From Lingula anatina (Eukaryota > Animalia > Brachiopoda): DNA of 64,000 bases. The stretch is from contig CM120649.1 of assembly GCA_051362555.1 (NCBI GenBank), forward strand, positions 13,516,001 through 13,580,000, given 5' to 3'. How positions within the stretch are numbered: the stretch's first letter is position 1; the number at the start of each line of letters is the position of its first letter. Below the pieces are notes generated by a model. That model was not told the origin of the DNA. It did not search any database and saw nothing but the letters and a program-made list of their open reading frames with translations. The position numbers and the translations under genes were made by a program. Positions 34,501-43,188 of the stretch are shown here, piece after piece.

Positions 34501-37500
34501 AAACAGTATTTAAAGATATAACTAAGAAGTTTTATCTACCAGAAACAGATCTGTTTGCTTCAAGGCTGAATAATCAACTACCTAAATATGTATCATGGAA
34601 ACCTGATCCATTTGCTATGACAACAGATGCCTTGTCTATTGACTGGTCACAGATAAATGCTTATGCATTTCCACCTTTTTCTTTAATAGGAAAGATGTTA
34701 AGCAAGATAGAGTTTGATCAAGTGGATAGTATCATAGTGGTAGTGCCTTATTGGACAACTCAAGTATGGTTTTCAAAATTGAGCCATATGTTAATATCTT
34801 GTCCTTTTTTACTTCCCAGGAAGCAAGAATTGCTGTGGCACCCACACAAAAACATGGACAATCATCTTCCAAAGTTACAGCTAATGGCTTGTGTATTGTC
34901 AGGGAAAGTTTCGAAGACATGGCATTTTCGCCAACAGCTGTCAAATTGGTCATGTCCTCATGGAGAGATACAACTGTCAAGCAATACGAATCTTACATTT
35001 CCAGATGGATTCAATATTGTAGTGAGAGGAACATTAATACCCTGTCACCAAATGTAACTGATGTTGTAAATTTTCTAGCCCATTGCTTTGATATGGGACT
35101 TGGATATTCTGCTCTTAATACAGCAAGATCAGCACTTTCAACTTTTATTATAGTGGATAAGTGTCCAGCAGGTGCTCATCCTCATGTGGTTAGACTGATG
35201 AGAGGAGTTTTTACTTCTAGACCTGCATTACCAAGGAACAATGTGATATGGGACACAAGTTTGCTTTTGAATTACCTCAAAAAACTTTCACCTGTGAAAA
35301 AACTTAATCTTTTACAACTGAGCAAGAAAGCAGTGACATTGACCATTTTATTGACAGGTCAAAGAACGCAATCCTTGCATCTTATTGACATTCGTAACAT
35401 CACAATTAATAAGTCTAAAGTCACATTTAGATTTGGTGATTTACTGAAGCAGTCAAGACCAGGTCACCACATTGGTGAAATAACAGTGACAGCATATGCA
35501 CCAGATAGAAGATTATGTTTATGTACTGTCTTAATGGAATACATGGACCGTGTCAAACATTTAAGAGGAAATATCACAAGATTGTTTTAACATCTGTAAA
35601 GCCATTTAAGGCAGCAGCCAAATCTACCATATCTAGATGGATTAAGCAAACTATGAATATGGCTGGTATAGACATGGAGAAATTTACTCCACACAGCACA
35701 CGTAGTGCAGCATCTTCACAAGCAAAACTTGCTAAAGTGCCATTAGACACTATTTTGAAGACGGCAGGCTGGTCTAAAGATTGCACATTTGCTAAATATT
35801 ACGATAAAGAAATAACTCAACAGGGCCAGTTTGCAGATGCGATTTTGTCTGGCACTGGTACACATGTTTGACATGGACATTCAGATTTACAGGGAGATGT
35901 TTTATAAACTATTTGATTTTACTTTTTTAGCTGCAACTTGTGCAGTTACAGTTGTTACCTGCAAATTGTGCAGATGAAGTTCTTTCGAGCATTTAAATAT
36001 GCTGTTTATAACTGCAACTTGTGCAGTTAGAGTTGTTTCCTGCAAATTGTGCAGATGAATTTCTATTGTGCATCAAATATGCTGTTACAAGTTGTTTGAT
36101 AAACAAGTTTATTGTTCTTTGCAGTTAATACATGTTGATTTAAACACAGTGTTTGTGCCTTTATTTGCTGGTTTCAAAAAACCTTGTAAGGTGTTGTGTT
36201 CGGACCACACTTTGAACGTCTCATGTGGAGCCTATTACGTCACTAGACGGTGATGTGGAATTAGAGGGTTAAATGAACTTACCGTAGGTGAGTGATATTT
36301 GACCTGGATTCCACATCATCGTCGGTGACAGAATAGGGTTCACATCCCACCCTGGGATAGTTCCCTTCCCGTGAACCTTTCTGTCACTCTGTGGTCCACA
36401 CTACAACTACTTTGAAATATGACGCTGAGCTGCGCGCGCATCTCTCATGTGAACCCTATTCTGTCACCGACGATGATGTGGAATCCAGGTCAAATATCAC
36501 TCACCTACGGTAAGTTCATTTAACCCTCTAATTAAAATATATGCTACAACACAATCTAAACGTGTTCCAATTTATTATTATCAAATCTGACGTAAAGTAC
36601 ATGTTATAGCTGTTCACGTAATGCAAACCAATAATGCCGACCTGCTTCCATCGTTCAGATGGATGGATCAATGGAAGACGCTGAGAAGACAACCGTCAGT
36701 CATAAAACATGTACAGGCATTCGTTTATTAGCATATAACGCTTTTATAACATAGAAACTAGCGGTTTACGTAGATCGGTCCAACTACAGAAAAGCTGGCG
36801 ATTATACGGTAACGTTGGAAAGAAGAGGAGGTCGGCATATTAATCTCCTAGTTCAGAGTCTCCGCAGCGTTGGATCGATATACATAGACCGATAGCTTCA
36901 ATGGGAATGAGCCCTATCTTTATAGTTACCCACCTTCCGAGCGGCCAGCAACCCCCCAGAATCAATGGGGACAAACTCCATGTCTCGGACCAGCTGGTGG
37001 ACCTGGGATTTCGCCTCATAGTTGTTCCCGCAAACATACACCGCACGCCCGCCTCCGTACAGCTCCGTCTCCAAGGCGTACACTGACACCACATTAAACG
37101 CCTTAACGACGAGCGACGCTGGGAGAAGGGCTTGCAGTGCTTCCGCGTTAGATTCCCGCGACAGCGACCTAGAGGACGACGCGTTGCTGACATCAACGAC
37201 GATTTTCCCTTCCAGAAGCGACTCTAAAGGTTTGAGGGTCTCCTCATAGTGCTCGGGTCGAAGTGCTGCTATCACAATAGTACACGACCTCGCGACGTCT
37301 TCATTCGAAGAAGGAACCATGGTAACGGAGTTGCCATCTCCAGTTTCCTCGGTTACGGCGTATTTACCTGATGGGTTGCGGCTACCGATAAGAAACTGAT
37401 AAGTGGTGAAGCCGAGACGCGTGGCAAATGCTTTGCCAAACTGGCCTGTTCCGATGATGCCTATAATAGGCTTGGCCTGCGTCCCTTCCATACCGTCTGT

Positions 37501-37512
37501 GCTTTTCTGCAT
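28514..37512 (-). CDS. STEAP4: STEAP-family metalloreductase (STEAP2/3/4-type, with N-terminal NADPH oxidoreductase domain), about 472 aa. Exons 36934-37512, 30895-31188, 29307-29499, 28514-28866
   Basis: IGIIGTGQFG Rossmann motif, GSRNP, VVDVSN, SNAEALQ...VVKAFNVVS, LELFPGW, GTKHKEFPRWFDVWMKARKHLG, likely heme-ligand His in SVIHTVL and SIAHVV, TLPSV...LSWREW, KIRRGWE. 1419 nt in frame. The specific paralogue name is only a best match. Confidence 0.93.
28944..29081. mobile_element. 138-bp MITE with 13-bp TIRs
   Basis: CCCTCTACCAGGG...CCCTGGTAGAGGG; a related partial copy lies at about 10293-10345 (AGACATACCTGTGAATATC...CTGGTAGAGGG). Confidence 0.65.
29909..30843. mobile_element. Foldback / long-TIR non-autonomous DNA transposon with 8-bp TSD (P- or hAT-like) in a STEAP intron
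   Basis: 427-bp arms at 29909-30335 and 30417-30843 with only two mismatches seen, 81-bp spacer, CA...TG termini, direct repeat GACATGGC at 29901-29908 and 30844-30851. Confidence 0.92.
31822..32943 (+). CDS. DIRS gag-like ORF1
   Basis: ATG in good context. Segments typical of DIRS ORF1: PPPANLGGLKVPKVNTEVW, DIRLQKAQ, EISLRRRELIKP, TEWLFGDD, basic C-terminus. Confidence 0.85.
   Translation: MADKNSEGNNQPDNSGSKTSKVIVKESRPKQKTDKEIKTHAKRVVSASKEISNEEVKVPTPRASASTSNDTSNGGNVDLLGQILQKMEQMQKQINENSKRPLEVDEDDLLALSDEESLDMDLEVDNLLTNTEIHSETEGNIILEKISQELIDEEATSPSIMPELAEILNRITSKRISDEKIKEKLEKFPPPANLGGLKVPKVNTEVWNKILPATRGKDIRLQKAQTRVVRALTPLAQLANMFLEAKNKKESFDIPAGLSLVLNAFSFVANGSIEISLRRRELIKPDLHREYRDVCSPDTPITEWLFGDDFAGVVKGINETNKVATKVGSRKDYHGRNRPAYRPRGFQKYTPSKNGYRNFKKSRPNHAGKPKRD
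32847..35057 (+). CDS. DIRS pol: reverse transcriptase, RNase H and DNA adenine methyltransferase-like domain
   Basis: KKDGKYRLILNLRKLN, IDWKDAY, LPNGLASGPRVFTK, YIDD, FLG; RNase H SDASEKGWG, HINHLEL, DNTTA, NVEADKVSR; MT-like DLFASRLN and YAFPPF. The frame is open from 32847 with no ATG until well inside RT. Confidence 0.95.
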   Translation, partial: AKRFSKVHTFKKRLQKFQEIKAKSRRQAQAGLERKNEAPKEVSINWSSYIDALKDKLATEIANFTAGNLQKCKKFWPNLTSDKYILNTVSYGINIEIDQSTQQSRIPQTYAFNKVESDIICTEIHQLLEKKVIRKVKHCAGEFISNIFLREKKDGKYRLILNLRKLNASVVYHHFKMTSLQSAINLMKPQCFMSTIDWKDAYYCLAVCDEHKKLLRFEFDENLYEYQVLPNGLASGPRVFTKVTKPIFSYLRKLGHMNCPYIDDSLLVGESLQDCRENVMQTVKVSTQAGFTVHPTKSVLEPTQKLDFLGFTLDSVKMRVSLNKRQADKIFSACTDLLQQDCITILQLAKVVGLLVASFPGVEYGPLFYRSLDMRKNQALKASKGDFQAKLQIANDDALKLDLTWWIQNIHSSFKLISHGNPSLVIYSDASEKGWGGACRGITSGGNWSAVESTFHINHLELLAAWFALKCFARDETNIHIKMCIDNTTALSYIARMGGKIPSLNNLARKIWLWCKGKNIWLSVAYIESENNVEADKVSRLDHDNLEWKLHQTVFKDITKKFYLPETDLFASRLNNQLPKYVSWKPDPFAMTTDALSIDWSQINAYAFPPFSLIGKMLSKIEFDQVDSIIVVVPYWTTQVWFSKLSHMLISCPFLLPRKQELLWHPHKNMDNHLPKLQLMACVLSGKVSKTWHFRQQLSNWSCPHGEIQLSSNTNLTFPDGFNIVVRGTLIPCHQM
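34751..35871 (+). pseudogene. DIRS tyrosine recombinase, split by a 1-bp frameshift at about 35585-35588
   Basis: SWRDTTVKQY, LGYSALNTARSALS, GQRTQSL (catalytic R), then in the next frame HSTRSAAS, AGW, FAKYY. TTGTTTTAA needs one more T to read LFLTSVKP. Confidence 0.9.
35931..36086 (+). repeat. Two imperfect copies (about 81-bp period) in the DIRS 3' non-coding region
   Basis: CTGCAACTTGTGCAGTTA.AGTTGTT.CCTGCAAATTGTGCAGATGAA...AAATATGCTGTT at 35931 and 36012. Confidence 0.8.
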
Positions 37513-38952
37513 CCCTTGGTTAACTACCAGACATAGGCCTACATGTATATGGAGGTCACCCGTATTACTCAGGCGTTGTATAAATTGTATATTGGGCGTT
37601 CGCATGCCTGACATGACTTGCAATGAACTTCAAACGGTTCCTACTGGTGGCAGCCGAAATATGATTCCTCAGATGCTGGATTTGTTAGATATTTAGGCCT
37701 ATATACTTTAGGGAAACTGCATTGTTTTATTGTTTACATTTCTTTCTCGTACCCTTTTATTTTGCAAGTAGACATTGTAACAGAAAGTAGCTAGGACTTC
37801 ACCATTCATAAAAGGTAATATACTGGTATGTATCAGGACACCCCCCCCCCCCCCCGGGTTATTCCTCCCTGTATAATTGCCTCGGACGATCTCACTCATC
37901 CAGATGCATTTTTGATGAACTAACTGGAATTTTAATTGCTTTCAGCCCCTCCACCTCCCTTCATCACGTTGCCTGCCTATAATCAAAGTACAGCACCAGA
38001 TAAAGTTGGGATAAACAGATAATATGACTTATCCAGGTGAACTCACTGTCCAACAACTGTTTAGACCCACTACATTAAATCATAGCATCGAAGTACTTCT
38101 GTGATTTAATATACGTTGTACGTGCATTAATTGTGGTACTTCCCAGATAGCAAAGAGTGGTCGCGCCAACGTCGGCCCGACGACTTTGCCTCCGTCGGGC
38201 CAACGTTGGCAGACGACGTCGGTTCGAAGTCGGCGTGTCCGGCGGCCCGCCGTCGGCCCACCGGTGGTCTGCCACCCTTTTGCCAACGTCGCACCGACGC
38301 TGGGCCGACGTCATTATGGATAAACGGCAGTCAGCCGCTGTCATGCCGACAATTTGCCAACTTCGCGCCAACGTCGGGCCAACGTCGTTATGAGCTATTA
38401 CAATCGGCGGTTAGCCGCTGTTATGCCGACCTTTTGCCGACGTCGCGCCAACGTCGGGCCAACGTTATTATCGATAACAGGCGGTCAGCCACTATAATGC
38501 CGACCTTTTGCCGACGTCGCGCCAACGTTGGGCCAATGTCGTTATGAGCTATTACTATCGGCGGTTAGCCGTTGTTATGCCAACGGTGCCACCTTCTTGC
38601 CAACTTCGCGCCAACGTCGTTAACCATCGTTTTACCACCGTTATGCAAATAATGCCGTTCTTTAATTAGCCAATGTTATTATGGACTCTCCATGGTCAGC
38701 CAGCTATGACTCAATTGGCGAACGTTGGCAATAGGGTAGCAGCGGCGTTTCTTCGTAATAACCCTCTCACTGAAGTGAAAAAGTCCCGTTGGCCTAAAAG
38801 ATAATAATAATAACAAAGTGAATCATGTTTTGTGAAGAAACATCTTTATAAATCTGAGTGAGTTAATAACGATAATTCAATTAGTTATTGAAAATAAATA
38901 TTATTACTGATGCATCTCTAAAGATCTACTTTACAGATGTCATATATAATCC

Positions 38953-38980
38953 AAGCTTTCGGTCCCTAGGCCTTCTTCAG
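38953..38980 (-). ncRNA. Degenerate minimal hammerhead-ribozyme motif of a Penelope pLTR
   Basis: Minus strand reads CTGAAGA-AGGCCTAGGGACC-GAAA-GCTT, i.e. CUGANGA / stem II / GAAA / palindromic stem III, about 115 nt after the GIY-YIG stop. Confidence 0.5.
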
Positions 38981-39093
38981 AGACATTAAAAAAATGGTGA
39001 AGAAAAACTCCTGGGGTATGTGGCGTCGATGATGTGTTAAAGGCACGCGATGCTGCAAAAGCGTCCTAAACGCTAAACGTAACATATAAAAAA

Positions 39094-39392
39094 TCAATAT
39101 TCATTTAAGAAACTATTGTCCCTACTGAGTCCATTATTCAAGGTGTCTAGTGTTCTAATACATTTCTGTACGACGATCCGTCTTTGCCTAGTGTCGTTTC
39201 CTTTTAAGACGGTGACGGTGATGTCTTTAGCTGAGTGTTGTGTTGTCCCACAGGCACGAAGAGGTTTTTGTTGTTTATAGGGCAGCGGTGGTGTCTAATT
39301 CTGTCTTTTAATTTCTGCCTCGTTTCCCCGACGTACATTTGATGGCATTGTTAACATCATATCAAATAGATGACGCTCTGTGAGTCGCAAGA
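39094..39392 (-). pseudogene. Decayed GIY-YIG endonuclease of a Penelope-like retroelement
   Basis: SCDSQSVIYLI*C*QCHQMYVGETRQKLKDRIRHHR...VPVGQH / HSAKDITVTVLKG...QRR...IRTLDTLNNGLSRD; two stops and one frameshift. Confidence 0.8.
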
Positions 39393-41595
39393 TTTGCAGC
39401 ATATCTTTGACTACGACACTACGCTGGAAAGAAGTGACTGTGGCCTTAATTCCCACACGGGACGAAGAGGGATGATGATGATGACTAAGATTCATCTGAG
39501 GAACTCTGCTGCGGCGCCTGGGCTGCTTCTCTCTCTCTCTGTGAAGAGAATAGAAAAAATATAAAAACTCACACTTAATCTAATAAAACATACAAAATTC
39601 ACCGTTAATATCATATGTTATTTCACTGATATGCAAAATAAAAAACGGCTAAGAAGACAACTGAAACCAAGCTTAAGGAATCTAGCATGATACTGATCCA
39701 CGTTTCTCTAACTATTATTTTTTCTATTTGCGATGTGAAATGTTCTAAACTTTATGAGGTCAGGGACAGACAGGTTAGTTTTATACGCTCCATTTTGGCC
39801 GCAACGAATCAACAATCCATGTTTCTCTATCGTATTATTGAACCGTTGGTTTCAGTTGTCTTCTAATGACTTATTTCCTAGTTCGCATCCAATCCACCCG
39901 CGCTTATTCGTAATGTTGCATATTGAAATGAAGTTGTTAATGTATACTTTGAAATGTAGACGAAATAATGTAATTATTTTCCAGGGAAGTGGTTACTCTG
40001 CTAAATATATTACCCTTCTTCTTCTCCAGCCTCCTCCTCCTACCCCCATCCCTGTCACTTACATATATTTTAAGAAGAATAATGTACTAAATTCCAGGAG
40101 AGAGTCGCAGGCAAGAAGTAGGCTAAATTAATTTCTTAGTTGTTTACTACTTAATCCATTGATAGGGATGATATAAGTTAAACTACTGCATCTTACCATG
40201 GCAATGACACATTGAAGCACTTTAACTATATACACACATACCTTTCATTGTGTATTTTCTTGTGAGGATTGACTGCTCAACACAGGCGACAAATAGGTAG
40301 TAATGCATGATGGAAGACTATAAGAGAAATATGAGATACATATAAAGTGTGGCTTTGTAATGTGCACAAAATGCCTTGTCTAATTATGAGCCTAAACCAA
40401 AAAAAAAAAACACATTATTATATCATACCCTGTGGGTATTTGACTAAACATCTAGAAAAAAATTCAATTTAAACTTGCCCCCCCCCCTCCCTAAAAGAAC
40501 CACCTCTGGATATTTTAGGTTAGCCTACTGATGTCCATTTTTGAACAGAAAACCTGTAAAAATCTGAGTGGACATTATACCCCTTAATGCTAAACTTTGG
40601 AATGTTTGGAATGTATGCCTTAAGGTTTATCCAGTGTTAAACCCATGCTGACATTATAAGTTTACATGTTAGTATCATGCAGCCTTGCTATATACCCCTA
40701 TTATATAAGCATTTCAAATTCAACTAGAGAAAATATAAACAATATATACTCCTAGGTACAAAAAAAGTACTAGAACGTTGCTCATTCACATTTATAAATT
40801 GTCTATACATGAAATGTGGTAATTGAAATGTCTTTCAAAGCATAAAAGAATTTGAGCGGGAAAATCTTTTTGGCCGCCGGAAACCCAACGTCGCCCCGAC
40901 GTTGGTTCAAAGGTGGCATGCAGCGCGCCAACTGCCTGCAGCTACGACTAACAAATTATCGACAGATTTGCGTGTTTTCGTTAATTCATCTACAACAAAT
41001 AAACCTCCATCTATAGTACGAAAAACATAAACACTTTAAAGTAAATACTTACCTAACAATTTGGTGCAAAATACGGAAAATATGAAATAACCGTCAAGTG
41101 CACTTGCAACGATCTATGGCCGCTTAGTGTGGGTGACCTCGATTTGAAATTGGCCGCTTAGTGCAAATCGAGCACAGCTGGTGAGCCACCGTTATACCGA
41201 CGTCGGGCCGACGGCGTGAAGCAGTCGTCGGCCCGACGTCGGGTCACCAGTAGTGGCCCGACGCACAGCTGATGAGCCACCGTTATACCGACGTCGGGCC
41301 AACGGCGTGAAGCAGTCGTCGGCCCGACGTCGGGTCACTAGTAGTGGCCCGACGTCGGCCCGACAACGACTGCCGACCGCGACCGTGCCGACCAATGCCG
41401 ACGTCGGCCCGACCGCTCATTGCTATCTGGGTTCAGTGTACATTGACAAGGGTAATATTCGATGTGTTAGATGTGAAAAGTTAAGTTTTGCTAGAATATA
41501 AATCTACGTTATATATCTGCAGATTTTTTTACGCAAGCTTTTAAATGCCTACTATCGAGATATCTTAAAAACACAGCAAATGAAATATATCAAAG

Positions 41596-41862
41596 AGCGC
41601 ATTCAGAATAGATGATCCGCGGACTAAATATGGCGACCCCACTAAGGCGATGGCGCTAATTCCCTGATGGCCTCCCCGCCTCCACACGCATTTTCGCTGC
41701 AGAGGCCTTGCAATTAAACCTCGGAGCCGAGATGTAATCCGTTTAATGGGGAGTGTTGAGGCGGGGAGGCCATCGGGGAGTATCGCTTTTTATGATGGTT
41801 GACCATATTTAGATTTAGTCGGCGGATCAGTTAGTGTGCGGATCATCTGTTCTGAACGTGCT
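41596..41862. mobile_element. Palindromic MITE about 375 bp upstream of the SHARK ATG
   Basis: GAGCGCATTCAGAATAGATGATCCGC pairs with GCGGATCATCTGTTCTGAACGTGCTC; inner GATGGCCTCCCCGCCTC pairs with GAGGCGGGGAGGCCATC. Confidence 0.7.
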
Positions 41863-42236
41863 CATTAAATTATCAAATACGCTTTTATACTGGAATAGGC
41901 CATATATTCGAATCTTATATTTATTTACACTAAAGAAGGTAAGATGATAAAACAATAATTAAACAGGCTCAGCCTAATGGATTGCAGTAAATATAATGCA
42001 CGATGAAGTGAATTAAGACAAAAGATGAACAGTAAGTGTGCTTTGTCGATATCAATTAAGTAGTACGCATCAATTAATTAAGACCTGCCAATGAGTCACT
42101 ATCCTATTGAGACCTGTCAGGTCGTATTGAGGTCACAACAAACATGGTGGTTGTGGACGCGGAAGTAATGTTTACAAGATAAATTTTCACAAAATTTAAA
42201 CTTTTAACCATCAAATTCCCGCTCAGATAATCGAGC

Positions 42237-42836
42237 ATGCCAAAGAAAGGGACTAAGCCTTCCACAGAGGCAGCTAGAGCAGACCAAGATTACGCAAATG
42301 AGGAGTTTGTCAGCGCGAAATCTCTAGCCGAACAGTTACGGAAATACAGCCTCGAAGATCTACTGACTGAGGATTCGAAAGCTGAGACGAAAGAAAATGG
42401 AGACGTTGCTTGGTTTCACGGTAAAATGACTCGAGACACAGCGGAATATATTCTCAAAAAAGGTGGGCAGCCAACAGTTGTACTTTTTTTATTATATTTT
42501 TAACGACAACTTTGACCAAGATTAATAGGGCGTTTTTGTACACAAATGCATTTGCTAGTACTAATTTTTTGTCATATTTATTACACATCCGATAAGGTAT
42601 TTAGATGTGTCATATTTATAACACATCTGAATACCTTATCAAGATTTGCCTAATGTTGTACACAAAGGGAACACTGGAAATAAGCCTATTGGATTTTATG
42701 TGACACCTACTTTATCTTTTAAATGTAAGATTTCAATATCCAGAGATAATCAAATTGATTCTTTAGAGTGTTGTTGTAAGGAGGTGAGAGAGAACAACTA
42801 CCACCGTGGTTAGATTTATTAAAATTTTAGTGGAAT

Positions 42837-42868
<32 letters not shown>

Positions 42869-42894
42869 ATATATATATATATATATATATATAT

Positions 42895-42975
<81 letters not shown>

Positions 42976-43149
42976 GGACGGATTCCTTACCTATTATATA
43001 TATATATATCAGGGATGGATTCCAAATTATCTTGGTTTATCCATCCTCCATTTTTGACCATCTTCCAAAAGAAAAAATCAGATACCCGTCAATGTAAACT
43101 TGAAAATCAGACCGTCTTCCGGAAGACCCAGAAGACGGCCTAAATCCGC

Positions 43150-43188
<39 letters not shown>

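Larger units (their letters stand above)
31424..36533 (+). mobile_element. DIRS1-type tyrosine-recombinase retrotransposon, full length, antisense within the first coding intron of STEAP
   Basis: gag, RT/RNaseH/MT and YR ORFs; left ITR 31424-31491; right ITR with extension 36419-36533; internal complementary region 36219-36345 complementary to both termini; AATT at both ends and no conventional TSD. Confidence 0.96.
38142..41431. mobile_element. EnSpm/CACTA (CMC)-like non-autonomous DNA transposon, 3.29 kb
   Basis: TIR CCCAGATAGCAA / TTGCTATCTGGG, TT dinucleotide on both flanks (2-bp TSD), dense subterminal CCRACGTCGG repeats at 38166-38620 and 41197-41410, no transposase ORF. Confidence 0.8.

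Noticed and set aside
31424-36533. Ngaro/PAT-type split direct repeat structure
   Set aside because: The repeats are inverted and accompanied by an ICR, which is DIRS1-type.
38075-38547. Several GC-rich ORFs on both strands (also 41192-41501)
   Set aside because: By-products of stop-poor subterminal CCGACGTCGG repeats; no domain-like content.
41268-41312. CTGATGAG hammerhead-like start in the right subterminal repeat
   Set aside because: No correctly placed GAAA and cleavage triplet, and the sister repeat reads CTGGTGAG.
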